Shown here: positions 1 to 8,796 of the stretch, piece after piece | Position numbering within the stretch: the stretch's first letter is position 1 | Layout of the letters: each line of letters opens with the position of its first letter | Assembly: GCA_963664125.2 (NCBI GenBank) | Contig: OY760908.2 | Coordinates: 1,276,314-1,340,313 of the forward strand | Length of the DNA stretch: 64,000 nt | Direction of reading: 5' to 3' | DNA from: Dehalococcoidia bacterium | GTDB taxonomy: Bacteria; Chloroflexota; Dehalococcoidia; Lucifugimonadales; UBA2962 | Notes under the pieces: generated by a model | The model's database searches: none | What the model saw: only the letters and a program-made list of their open reading frames with translations | What the model was told of the DNA's origin: nothing | Translations under genes and position numbers: made by a program

Positions 1-221
1 TGGACGCTGGCCGGGTCGGACACGTCGGTCGGAACGGGTAGGGCGCGCCGGCCCATCCGCTCGATCTCGGCGGCGAGGCTCTCGAGGTCCCCGCTCGTGC
101 GGGCGGCGAGCGCCACGTCCGCCCCGGCCCCGGCCAGCCCAAGTGCGATCGCCCGCCCGATCCCTCTGCTGGCCCCGGTCACCACCGCGGTCCTGCCGGC
201 CAGCGACAGCCCGGGCGGCAT
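1..221 (-). CDS. short-chain dehydrogenase/reductase (SDR), N-terminal part only; gene runs off the left edge
   Basis: Own translation of the minus strand from ATG at 221: [49 protein letters not shown]... It carries the TGxxxGIG Rossmann motif. It is absent from the ORF track because it is truncated. Confidence 0.75.
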   Translation of the reverse strand, partial: MPPGLSLAGRTAVVTGASRGIGRAIALGLAGAGADVALAARTSGDLESLAAEIERMGRRALPVPTDVSDPASV

Positions 222-246
222 CACCAGCCCCGCAGGACGCCGCCGC

Positions 247-1602
247 TCACAGCCGTCTCCAGGTGGTGCCCCCGGGCCCGTCCTCGAGCTGCACGCCCAG
301 CGCGGCCAGCCGGTCCCTAATGCCGTCCGCGGCCGCGAAGTTCTTCGCCGCCCTCATCTCCATGCGCACGTCGATGAGCAGCTCGATGAAGGGCTCCGCG
401 TCGCCCTCCGCGCCGGCGGCCTCGAGCGTTAGCCCCAGCACGCCCGCAAGGTCGCGGAGCACGCCCTGTGCGCCGGCCACGCCGCCCCCGGCGTCGCGGG
501 TGCGGTGGATGTCGCGGGCCAGGTCGAAGACGGCAGCCAGGGCCTGGGGCGTGTTGAGGTCGTCGTCCATCGCCTCCTCGAAGCGCCGCCTGTGCTCAGA
601 GGCGTCCAGAGGCTCGCCCTCCGCGGCCTCGGTCGCCGAGGCCGCGCTCCGCAGCCGGGTGAGCGCCCGCTCCTGGGCCTCGACGCTCTCGGTCGTGTAG
701 GTCAGCGGGCTGCGGTAGTGGGAGCTCAGGAAGAAGAGGCGCAGCGCGTCCGCCGGGTGGTCGGCCAGGGCCTGGCCGCAGGTGACCATGTTGCCCAGCG
801 ACTTGCTCATCTTGTCCTCGCCCAGCCGCACCAGCCCGTTGTGGACCCAGTGGCGCGCGAACGGCGTTCGCCCTGTGAACGACTCGGACTGTGCCACCTC
901 GTTCTCGTGGTGGGGGAAGATCAGGTCCTGCCCGCCGCCGTGGATGTCGATGGTCTCGCCGAGGTACTCGAGGGCCATGGCGCTGCACTCGATGTGCCAT
1001 CCCGGGCGCCCCGGCCCCCAGGGGCTGTCCCACGCCGGCTCGCCGGGCTTCTGGGACTTCCAGAGCGCGAAGTCCAGGGCGTCCTCCTTCTCCTCGCTGA
1101 CCGAGACGCGCGCGCCCGACATGAGCCGGTCGATGTCGCGGCCGCTGAGCTTTCCGTAGTCGTCGTCGGCCCGCACGCGGAAGTAGACGTCGCCCCTGGA
1201 GGCGTACGCGTAGCCGCGCTCGATGAGGCCGGCGATCATCTCGACGATCTTGTCGATCTCGCCGGTCGCCCTGGGATACTCGTGGGCGGGCAGGACGTTG
1301 AGGCCCTCCATCTCGGCAAGGTAGCTGGCGATGTTCCTCTCGGCCAGCGCGGACACGGAGACGCCCTCCCTGGCCGCCCCGTCGATCATCTTGTCGTCGA
1401 TGTCGGTGAAGTTCTCGACGTGGCGGACCCGGTGGCCCCTGTACTCGAGGTAGCGCCTCAGGACGTCGAAGACGACCGCCCGCATCGCGTGCCCGACGTG
1501 GGCGGGAGAGTAGGGGGTAATGCCGCACACGTAGATCGCGACCGCCTCCCCGCCTGGGGAGAACTCCTCGGAGCGCGCGGTAAGGGTGTTGTAGAGCTTC
1601 AT
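247..1602 (-). CDS. cysS: cysteine--tRNA ligase
   Basis: 451-aa ORF with the class I HIGH-type motif (PAHVGHA) and KMSKS (DKMSKSLGN). It has the typical CysS N-terminus MKLYNTLT. Confidence 0.96.
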   Translation of the reverse strand: MKLYNTLTARSEEFSPGGEAVAIYVCGITPYSPAHVGHAMRAVVFDVLRRYLEYRGHRVRHVENFTDIDDKMIDGAAREGVSVSALAERNIASYLAEMEGLNVLPAHEYPRATGEIDKIVEMIAGLIERGYAYASRGDVYFRVRADDDYGKLSGRDIDRLMSGARVSVSEEKEDALDFALWKSQKPGEPAWDSPWGPGRPGWHIECSAMALEYLGETIDIHGGGQDLIFPHHENEVAQSESFTGRTPFARHWVHNGLVRLGEDKMSKSLGNMVTCGQALADHPADALRLFFLSSHYRSPLTYTTESVEAQERALTRLRSAASATEAAEGEPLDASEHRRRFEEAMDDDLNTPQALAAVFDLARDIHRTRDAGGGVAGAQGVLRDLAGVLGLTLEAAGAEGDAEPFIELLIDVRMEMRAAKNFAAADGIRDRLAALGVQLEDGPGGTTWRRL

Positions 1603-1615
1603 GCGGCAGGGTCCT

Positions 1616-2107
1616 TCAGGGCGGCGATCCCGCGCCCTCCCTGGTGACGGTGGCCACAGCCAGGGCGGCTATCCCCTCGCCCCGGCCGATGAGGCCGAGG
1701 CCGTCGGTGGTGGTGGCCTTGACGTTCACCTCGTCCACCTCCAGCGACAGGGCGCCGGCGAGGCCGGCCCGCATCCCGGCGACGTGGGGGGCGAGGGTGG
1801 GGCGCTGGGCGACGATTGTAGCATCGACATAGGTGGCCCTCCATCCGGCCGCGCGGGCCCTGTCGGCTGCCCGGGCGAGCATCGAGAGGCTGGAGGCCCC
1901 GGCCAGGGAGGGGTCGCTGGACGGGAACATCGCGCCGATGTCGCCGAGCCCGGCGGCGCCCAGCAGGGCGTCGATCACCGCGTGGGCCAGCACGTCCCCG
2001 TCGCTGTGGCCGCTGAGCCCCAGCTCGAAGGGCACCTCGACGCCCCCGAGCACCAGGGCGCGGCCTGCCGCGAGCGGGTGCACGTCCACGCCGAGGCCGG
2101 TGCGCAC
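1616..2107 (-). CDS. ispF: 2-C-methyl-D-erythritol 2,4-cyclodiphosphate synthase
   Basis: Tail of track ORF 1616..2575: VRTGLGVDVHPL...GHSDGDVLAHAVIDALLGA... The GTG start at 2107 was chosen because it sits 2 nt after the ispD stop. Confidence 0.9.
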   Translation of the reverse strand: MRTGLGVDVHPLAAGRALVLGGVEVPFELGLSGHSDGDVLAHAVIDALLGAAGLGDIGAMFPSSDPSLAGASSLSMLARAADRARAAGWRATYVDATIVAQRPTLAPHVAGMRAGLAGALSLEVDEVNVKATTTDGLGLIGRGEGIAALAVATVTREGAGSPP

Positions 2108-2109
2108 GC

Positions 2110-2811
2110 TCAGGCCCCGGCCCCCGCGCCCATACGGGCGAGCATTCGCTCCGCTATGTCCAGGTCCTCGGGCGTCGTGACCTTGATGTTGGCGTACGAG
2201 CCGCGAAAGACCCTCACCGATCCGCCGATGCGCTCCACCATCGCGGCGTCGTCGGTCACCTCGCCGTCGACGCTCTCGTGGGCGCTCCTGAGGAGCCGTG
2301 CGGAGAAGACCTGGGGAGTCTGCACCAGCCACAGCGTGCCGCGGTCCGGGGTGGCCTCGACCGTCATGTCCGCGCCGACCACCTTGACGGTGTCCTTGGC
2401 GGGCACCGCGGCGATGGCGGCCCCGGTGCGGGCCGCCTCGCGCAGGCCGGTCTCGAAGTCGCCTGGGCCGACGCACGGGCGCGCGCCGTCGTGGACGATT
2501 ACCCACTCGGCCCCGGGCAGGGCGGCGAGGCCCGCCCGCACCGAGTCCTGGCGCCTCTCGCCGCCCTCCGCGCACTCGACCTTGGACCAGCCGAGGCCGC
2601 GGGCAAGCTCCCGGCCCCGCTCGAGCGAGCCACGGGAGAGCACGAGCGCGATCCGGTCCACCGACCCGCAGCGCTCGAGGGCGTCGACGCAGTGGGCGAG
2701 CAGCGGGCGCCCGGCCAGGGGGGCGAAGACCTTGTCAAGCCGGCCCATCCTGGTGGAGGAGCCCGCGGCCACGACTATCGCGCCCACCGGACCCCCGGAC
2801 CGGGGCGTCAA
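2110..2811 (-). CDS. ispD: 2-C-methyl-D-erythritol 4-phosphate cytidylyltransferase
   Basis: 233-aa ORF with VVAAGSSTRMG and VHDGARP motifs. ispD-ispF-cysS order matches actinobacterial synteny. Confidence 0.92.
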   Translation of the reverse strand: MTPRSGGPVGAIVVAAGSSTRMGRLDKVFAPLAGRPLLAHCVDALERCGSVDRIALVLSRGSLERGRELARGLGWSKVECAEGGERRQDSVRAGLAALPGAEWVIVHDGARPCVGPGDFETGLREAARTGAAIAAVPAKDTVKVVGADMTVEATPDRGTLWLVQTPQVFSARLLRSAHESVDGEVTDDAAMVERIGGSVRVFRGSYANIKVTTPEDLDIAERMLARMGAGAGA

Positions 2812-2932
2812 GATCGCCGACCCACCTTCATGGCGTGATGATACAACGCCCGCGGTCCGCTGCCGCCGACGCCCCGGCGCCGGCGGCCCGGGCGTAGAAT
2901 GGGACGAGACAGGCGCGGGCCGGTGTGAGGCA

Positions 2933-3517
2933 ATGGCCAGAAACTACTGGATGTTCGTCCAGACCCGGGAGAACTTCGAGATCACCAGGAGCATGGGCTT
3001 TCGGATGCACGGCCTGGGGGCGAAGCACCGAAAGAGGGCCGACCGCATGCAGCCCAACGACAACGTGCTCTACTACGTTCGCGAGACGAAGAGCTGGCTT
3101 GCGCTGGCGACCATCAGGTCGAAGGTCTTCGTCGACCGCTCGCCTCTCTGGAAGCCCACCCACAGGGGCGAGGACTTCCGCTACCGCGTGAGGATGGCGC
3201 CGCGGCTGGTCCTGGAGGACGAGGAGGCGATAGACGGCCTGCTGCTCGCCCCGCGCCTCGAGTACCTCAAGCGCTGGGCCCCCGAGCTGTGGCCGCTGGC
3301 CTTCATGGACAGCGTGCACCTGCTCCCGCAGCGCGACTTCCGGGTGATAGAGGCCGAGATGAGGCGGATCCGGTCGGCGACCGAGCGGAGGAGGAGGGAG
3401 GAGTCCCGCGCCCCGGGCGGGCCCGCGCGCGCCGCCGCGGAGGACCTGCCGATCGGCGCGCTGGTGAGTCCCGCGCCGGGCGCCGCCGGCGGGACCGAGG
3501 CGGGGACCGGCGCGTAG
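2933..3517 (+). CDS. EVE/PUA-like domain protein with a charged, low-complexity C-terminal tail
   Basis: C-terminal 194 aa of track ORF 1601..3517, starting at ATG 2933: MARNYWMFVQTRENFEITR... The pattern resembles EVE-domain proteins. GTGAGG lies upstream of the ATG, and TAGAAT is a -10-like hexamer at about 2896. Confidence 0.55.
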   Translation: MARNYWMFVQTRENFEITRSMGFRMHGLGAKHRKRADRMQPNDNVLYYVRETKSWLALATIRSKVFVDRSPLWKPTHRGEDFRYRVRMAPRLVLEDEEAIDGLLLAPRLEYLKRWAPELWPLAFMDSVHLLPQRDFRVIEAEMRRIRSATERRRREESRAPGGPARAAAEDLPIGALVSPAPGAAGGTEAGTGA

Positions 3518-3528
3518 GCCCCGGCCGG

Positions 3529-4542
3529 CTACCCCGCGGCAGTCCCCGCGACCTCCTCCTCGGCGGCCTGCTCGACGCCGAAGCCGTCGTCGAACAGGCG
3601 GCGAAGCTCGGCCACTACGCCCTCGGGGATGTCGTCGGTCTCCGGTGCGGCGGCGAACTCCTCGAGCTGGTCCGCGCTGAGGATGTTGGGCAGCACCGTG
3701 GCCACCCCGGGCTCCGAGAGTACGAACTTGATGGCGATCTGGCCCATCGTCGCCGTCATGGCCTCGCTGAGAAAGTCCAGGGCCGCCAGCTTCCTGATGC
3801 CCGCCTCGAGCCACTCGCGCCTGCGGTGGGAGCGGTGGTCGTCCGGGGCGAAGACCGTGTCCTTGGTGTAGGTCCCGTCCAGCAGGCCCGAGGCGTGAGG
3901 GACCCTGGACAGCATCCCCGTTCCGCACTCGGCGGCGATCGGGAAGAACCGGCGGGCGGGCTGCTGCTCGAGGATGGAGTAGATGATCTGGATGGCGTCC
4001 ATGTCCCGGCCGCGCATCGCCGCCTCGCCCTCCTCGAACCACCCGATGTCGGGTCCTATGGCGGCGGCGTAGTGGCGGATCTTGCCCTCGGTGACCAGCG
4101 CGTCGAGCGTGGAGAACAGCTCGTCGCTCTCCAGCGCGTCCATCTTGGGGTTGTGGAGCTGGTACAGGTCGATGTAGTCGGTCTCCAGCCGCCTCAGGCT
4201 CTGCTCGCAGCCGTAGCGGACGAACTCGGCGTCCCAGCGCTGGGGCCTCTCGGCGTGCCCCTCGCGCTCGCGGTGCGCGTAGAAATCGTACCCGAACTTG
4301 GTCCCGATGACGATGTCCGTGCGGCGCCTCCCGAGCGCCTGGGCGAGTATCTCCTCGCCGTACCCCAGGCCGTAGGTGTCGGCGGTGTCGAAGAAGTTGA
4401 CGCCCAGGTCGGCCGCGCGCTCCAGCATCCGGACGGCGTCGGAGGAGTCCACCCGGCCCCACCACCCGGTGCTGACCGTCCAGACCCCGAACCCGACCTC
4501 GGAGATCTCGAGGTCCGTGCGACCCAGCCTCCTGTACCTCAT
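3529..4542 (-). CDS. aldo/keto reductase
   Basis: 337 aa: MRYRRLGRTDLEISEVGFGVW...FFDTADTYGLGYGEEIL, a typical AKR signature. Its ATG overlaps the upstream gene's stop (ATGA). Confidence 0.9.
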   Translation of the reverse strand: MRYRRLGRTDLEISEVGFGVWTVSTGWWGRVDSSDAVRMLERAADLGVNFFDTADTYGLGYGEEILAQALGRRRTDIVIGTKFGYDFYAHREREGHAERPQRWDAEFVRYGCEQSLRRLETDYIDLYQLHNPKMDALESDELFSTLDALVTEGKIRHYAAAIGPDIGWFEEGEAAMRGRDMDAIQIIYSILEQQPARRFFPIAAECGTGMLSRVPHASGLLDGTYTKDTVFAPDDHRSHRRREWLEAGIRKLAALDFLSEAMTATMGQIAIKFVLSEPGVATVLPNILSADQLEEFAAAPETDDIPEGVVAELRRLFDDGFGVEQAAEEEVAGTAAG

Positions 4543-5135
4543 GCGAGGCGGGCCGCGATCTCGGAGCGTGCGCGCTCGTAGTCGGCGTCGCTCAGCGTCG
4601 GCTCAAGCGCGCCCATCGGCACGTCCTGTCCCAGGTCGACCCAGGACTTGCAGCCGGCGTAGTCGTCGAGCAAAGGCAGGGCCTGCGGCTGCAGCAGGGG
4701 GTAGACGCGCACCAGCGCGACGGTCAGCGGCTGGCGTGGGCGCCACCCGAGGCGCTTCTCGGCGTAGGCGTCGGTCCAGATGTGCATGTCGGAGATACTG
4801 CCCAGCACCTCGGGGTCGTCGACCTCGATGCGGTCGGTGACCTGCGCGAAGCACGACAGGGTCGTAAGGCCCGGCACGTCGTCCTCCTCGATGGACCTGC
4901 TCAGCCGCCCGTGGTGCTCGGGCTTTATCAGCTCCGGCGACTGGTGCTCGTAGGTCGGGAAGAGCAGGAACTCCGGGTTGTCGGCGAAGGAGCCGGCGAA
5001 GTCGCGGTCGTCGCTGTGGATTCCGCCCTTGCGCAGGATGACGATCTGCTCGCCGTCCCGCAGCGCGTTGCACACTACGGCCCATTCCTTGAGCGCGATC
5101 GAGCTTACCGGGGGGAGGAGCGACACCATGTCCAT
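4539..5135 (-). CDS. DUF1802-like protein (uncharacterised)
   Basis: 198 aa: ...ALKEWAVVCNALRDGEQIVILRKGGI...FLLFPTYEHQ... This matches my recollection of DUF1802. It is translationally coupled to the AKR gene. Confidence 0.55.
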   Translation of the reverse strand: MDMVSLLPPVSSIALKEWAVVCNALRDGEQIVILRKGGIHSDDRDFAGSFADNPEFLLFPTYEHQSPELIKPEHHGRLSRSIEEDDVPGLTTLSCFAQVTDRIEVDDPEVLGSISDMHIWTDAYAEKRLGWRPRQPLTVALVRVYPLLQPQALPLLDDYAGCKSWVDLGQDVPMGALEPTLSDADYERARSEIAARLA

Positions 5136-5280
5136 GGCCGATTATATCGGGGCCCCGGGCGCGCGGTCGAACGGCGCCCGGGCCGCGGCCGATCTTTCCC
5201 CGCGGGCCCCGCAGTGAAATACTCTAGGGTGCCGGCCGCCATGACAGTCCATCTCGCCCACATCCATCCCCACGCCCCGC

Positions 5281-5982
5281 ATGGCCGATAGGGGACGCAG
5301 GAAGCGCTCGCGCGGCGCCGGCAGGTCCCCCTCGCCGCCCAGGCCGAGGGCCCGCCGCCCCGACCCCTCCGAGGACCGGGCGCAGGGCTCGGGGCCCGAC
5401 CACGGCCTGAACATAACGACGCTGGTGCTAAGGGCCGCCTTCATGGACGCGTCCGTGTACGCGCAGATACGGGCCCACAGCGCCACGCTCCTTTGGTCCA
5501 TCGGGGTGGTCCTCGCCGTGGCCGTGCTGTACTCGATAGGCCTGAGGGGGGTGGAGCCCGCTTTCCTGAGGGGTGAGCACCCGGTCCTGTGGTTCGTGCT
5601 GCGGCTGGACATCGTCGTCATTGGATGGCTGTTGTGGGGGTGCATAGCCAAGCTGTTCGGGGGCTGGGTCTTCCGCGGCGATGCGAGCTTCTCGCAGATA
5701 CTCCGCGCCCTCGGCATCGCCACCGCGCCCTCCTGCCTGCTGGCGTTCCAGGAGATAGACGTTCCGCTGATGGGCCAGACGGTGGGGGAGGCGCTGTGGC
5801 TCTTCGGCCTGCTGTGGACGTTGGCCATCGGCACCCAGGCCGTAAAGGAAACGATGCGGCTCAACTGGTTTCAGGCCATCCTGCCGGGCTTCCTCGGGTG
5901 GATCGTCGCCTGGCCGCTGATGCTGAACTTCGTGCTCTACTCGGCGTCGGCGATACCGGTCGACGCAGCGCCCGCCGGCTGA
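5281..5982 (+). CDS. Yip1-like multi-pass membrane protein (start uncertain)
   Basis: 233 aa with an Arg/Pro-rich N-terminus followed by 4-5 hydrophobic helices (WSIGVVLAVAVLY, IVVIGWLLWGCIA, LWLFGLLWTLAIG, ILPGFLGWIVAWPLML). The true start may lie further downstream. Confidence 0.5.
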   Translation: MADRGRRKRSRGAGRSPSPPRPRARRPDPSEDRAQGSGPDHGLNITTLVLRAAFMDASVYAQIRAHSATLLWSIGVVLAVAVLYSIGLRGVEPAFLRGEHPVLWFVLRLDIVVIGWLLWGCIAKLFGGWVFRGDASFSQILRALGIATAPSCLLAFQEIDVPLMGQTVGEALWLFGLLWTLAIGTQAVKETMRLNWFQAILPGFLGWIVAWPLMLNFVLYSASAIPVDAAPAG

Positions 5983-6001
5983 GCGTCCGCAGGGCGCCCT
6001 C

Positions 6002-6838
6002 CTAGGGAGCGGCTGGGGCGGGCCGCACCAGCTCGGCCAGCGCCCCGGCGCGACGCCCGAACATCCGCAGCGCGTTGGACGTCGTCGCGAGCGCCACCTC
6101 GGCCGCGTCAATGTCCCTGAGACCGGCCAGCTCGGCCGCGATCTCGGCGGCGTGCCGCGGCTCGGTCCACCCGCTGCGGTCACGCTTGAAGGGCTGGGGA
6201 TACGCGTCGGTCTCCAGGACGATCCACTCCATCGGCAGCTGCGCCGCGACCGACCTCAGCCCCTCAAGCCGCAGCAGCGGCCGGGCCAGCGAGATCCAGA
6301 AGCCAAGGTCTATGGCCTCCCTTGCCGTGCGCTCGTCGCCCTGGAAGTAGTGCATCGCGCCCCCGACCTCGAACCCACGCTCCTCGCGCAGCACCCTGAG
6401 GGTGTCGCGGTCCGCCAGCCGGCTGTGGAAGACGATGGGCAGTTCCAGCTCCCTGGCCACGCCGATCTGGCGTCGGAACGCGTCGAACTGGACCGCCCTG
6501 TCCGGGGATGAGTCCTGGAAGTCCAGGCCGATCTCGCTGACCGCGACCACGCGGTCCGACGCGGCGAGGGCGATGAGGGCCGCCTCGGCCTCCGCCGTCA
6601 TCGGCCCGGCCAGGTCCTGGGGATGCAGGCCCACGGCGGCCAGCAGGCCCGGGTGATCCGCCGCCAGGCGCACCGCCCTTTGCGAGGACTCGATAGTCGT
6701 GCCCGCGGTCACCACCGCCCCGACGCCGGCCTCGCTCGCCCGATCCAGGATGTGGCCCACCTCCGGGTCGTCGAACCCGTCGAGGTGCGAGTGGCAGTCG
6801 ATCAGGCCGGGGTGCGTCGCCTCCGGGTCCACGCCCAT
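6002..6838 (-). CDS. tatD: TatD-family metal-dependent hydrolase
   Basis: 278 aa from ATG 6838 inside track ORF 6002..7243: MGVDPEATHPGLIDCHSHLD...EIGLDF...VFHSR...ETDAYP. This is the TatD metal-ligand pattern. Confidence 0.88.
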   Translation of the reverse strand: MGVDPEATHPGLIDCHSHLDGFDDPEVGHILDRASEAGVGAVVTAGTTIESSQRAVRLAADHPGLLAAVGLHPQDLAGPMTAEAEAALIALAASDRVVAVSEIGLDFQDSSPDRAVQFDAFRRQIGVARELELPIVFHSRLADRDTLRVLREERGFEVGGAMHYFQGDERTAREAIDLGFWISLARPLLRLEGLRSVAAQLPMEWIVLETDAYPQPFKRDRSGWTEPRHAAEIAAELAGLRDIDAAEVALATTSNALRMFGRRAGALAELVRPAPAAP

Positions 6839-6858
6839 GTTGCCCCATAATAGGGCAG
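6839..6858. promoter_or_regulatory. 20-bp divergent intergenic region with back-to-back -10-like hexamers (possible leaderless starts)
   Basis: The sequence tgccccATAATAgggcag lies between tatD ATG (6838, minus) and the SBP GTG (6859, plus). CATAAT reads on the plus strand and TATTAT on the minus strand, each about 7-8 nt from its start codon. There is no room for an SD sequence. Confidence 0.3.
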
Positions 6859-8745
6859 GTGATTGAGACGAACCACCCCCGCGCAGGTGGGGGCGGACAC
6901 GGGCGCGGGCGGCTCGCCGCGGGCGCCGCCGCGGCGCTCGTCGTAGCGGCGCTCCTGGCGCTCGGTGCCGCCGGGTGCTCGCGTTCCGCGGACGTGGCGA
7001 CGCCAAGCCCGGCCGCCCCGGCCCAGGACCCCTTGCCAACCGCAACCGCCGGGTCCCCGCCCACGCCATCGATCGAGCCGACGCCGACGCGGATGCCGGC
7101 GCCGACGCCCGCTGCGTCGCCGGAGCCGGGAGACCCGGCGCCGACCCCCGCCGTAGGGGCGACCGCAACGCCGCCCGCGCAGGTCGCCGCAACGCCCACC
7201 CGGCCGGCGGTGATGATCGAGTCGCGTCCCGTCGAGACCGCAACGCCGGCGGCGCATCCCGTGCGCGGCGGCGTGCTGCGGCTGACCACCCAGGCGGACA
7301 TCGCGCACCAGGACGTGCACGCCGAGACGTCCCCTGCGCTCTCGACGTGGGGGCCGGGCATCGCCTACAGCCGGCTGATGAGGTTCCGGACTGGGCCCGA
7401 CGTCGCCCTCCCCAGCCTGGAGGTCATTTGCGACCTTTGCGAGTCCTGGCGCGCCCTCGACCCCGTCACCTTCGAGTTCACGCTCAGGGACGGGGTGCGC
7501 TGGCACGACGAGGACCTGACGGGGGGCAGGGCGCTCTCGTCACGCGACGTGCTCTACAGCCTCTCGCGCCAGGGCAGGGGGCCCAACGGGATGCTGCTCG
7601 GTTCGATCGACGAGATCTCGGCCCCCGACCCGCGCACGGTCTCCATCCGGCTTATCGAGCCCGACGCCGACTTCATGCTGGGGCTCGCGGACGCGCGCTC
7701 CAAGATCGTCGCTCGCGAGGCGGTCGCCATCTCGGGGGACCTGCGGGACGGGCCGACGGTCGGGACCGGGCCGTGGAGGCTGGAGTCGACGGGGGCGGTC
7801 GCCACGCACGTCTTCGAGCGCTTCGGCGAGTACTTCGAGGCGGGCCTGCCCTACGCCGACGGGCTGCGGGTCCACGTCGTCCCGGACCTCCAGACACGTG
7901 ACGCCGCCTTCGTGGTCGGCCAGATCGACGTGATGGAGGTCACAGCGTGGGAGTGGGAGGCGCTGCGGGAGCGCGCCGCGGACGCGGTGACGCTGGCCGT
8001 TCCGGCTCCAGGCTCCGGCGTCGAGATTGGGCTGAACGCGGAGCGCGCGCCCTTCGACGACACCGCCGTGCGCCGGGCCGCGTTCGCCGCGATGGATCCG
8101 GCGGGGGCCCTGGAGGACGTGTGGGGAGGGGCGGGTTACCTCTCGTTCGGCTTTCCGCTGGTCGGTCCGTCCTGGGCCCTTGACGAGGCTGAGCTTGACG
8201 GCCGACTGGCCAGTCCGCCGGAGGCCCGGAGGCTGCTAGGCGGCGCGAGCCCGGCGCCCTTCACCCTTAGGGTGGGCCTGTTCGGCGAGGAGTACCTGGA
8301 GCACGCGCGGCGCGTGGCGCGCGAGATGCGGACCGTCGGGTTCGAGGTCGAGGTGGAGGAGGTGACGCGCCTGGCCTTTGCCGACGAGGTGTGGAGGGGC
8401 GGTGAGTACCAGGCCTTCCTCGGGCCCATAGCGCCTGTCACGTCGCCGAACGCCTTCCTGTTCTCGGCGGTCTACAGCGAGGGGCCCTACTATCGCGGCG
8501 GGCCGCCCGCGGACGGTCTGGATGCGCTTATCGAGATGCAGGCGGGTGAGTACGACGCCGAGGCTCGCAGGTCGATGCACCGCGAGATACAGCTCCTGAT
8601 GCTCCGGGCGGCCGTCCGTTACATGCCGGTGACGCAGGTGACCGTGTGGGCGGCACAGCCGTGGGTCGGGAATCTGCACATCAATCTGGCCGGCTTCGAA
8701 TACGGGCACTGGGCATCTGCCTGGCTCGGGAAGGACCGGCGCTAG
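6859..8745 (+). CDS. ABC transporter substrate-binding lipoprotein, family 5 (peptide/nickel type)
   Basis: 628 aa with a lipobox LALGAAGC and a Pro/Thr-rich linker. The family-5 SBP core follows (GGVLRLTT...DLCESWRALDPVTFEFTLRDGVRWHD). Confidence 0.85.
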   Translation: MIETNHPRAGGGGHGRGRLAAGAAAALVVAALLALGAAGCSRSADVATPSPAAPAQDPLPTATAGSPPTPSIEPTPTRMPAPTPAASPEPGDPAPTPAVGATATPPAQVAATPTRPAVMIESRPVETATPAAHPVRGGVLRLTTQADIAHQDVHAETSPALSTWGPGIAYSRLMRFRTGPDVALPSLEVICDLCESWRALDPVTFEFTLRDGVRWHDEDLTGGRALSSRDVLYSLSRQGRGPNGMLLGSIDEISAPDPRTVSIRLIEPDADFMLGLADARSKIVAREAVAISGDLRDGPTVGTGPWRLESTGAVATHVFERFGEYFEAGLPYADGLRVHVVPDLQTRDAAFVVGQIDVMEVTAWEWEALRERAADAVTLAVPAPGSGVEIGLNAERAPFDDTAVRRAAFAAMDPAGALEDVWGGAGYLSFGFPLVGPSWALDEAELDGRLASPPEARRLLGGASPAPFTLRVGLFGEEYLEHARRVAREMRTVGFEVEVEEVTRLAFADEVWRGGEYQAFLGPIAPVTSPNAFLFSAVYSEGPYYRGGPPADGLDALIEMQAGEYDAEARRSMHREIQLLMLRAAVRYMPVTQVTVWAAQPWVGNLHINLAGFEYGHWASAWLGKDRR

Positions 8746-8796
8746 CGTTCTTGGGCTTGGATTGCCGATCGCCCTTGATGAAATGGCTGCGGCGAT

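Noticed and set aside
505-3517. Long plus-strand ORFs (505..1647, and the first ~440 codons of 1601..3517) overlapping cysS, ispF and ispD.
   Set aside because: They lie antisense to genes with unambiguous catalytic motifs. Their composition is extremely Arg/Gly/Pro/Ala-rich, typical of shadow ORFs in high-GC DNA. Only the last 194 codons of 1601..3517 (from ATG 2933) look like a real gene.
6960-7260. Pro/Thr/Ala-rich stretch of the first SBP (and the acidic/Pro-rich stretch at 60020-60150 of the second) considered as tandem DNA repeats.
   Set aside because: These are low-complexity linker peptides after the lipobox. I found no exact nucleotide repeat unit.
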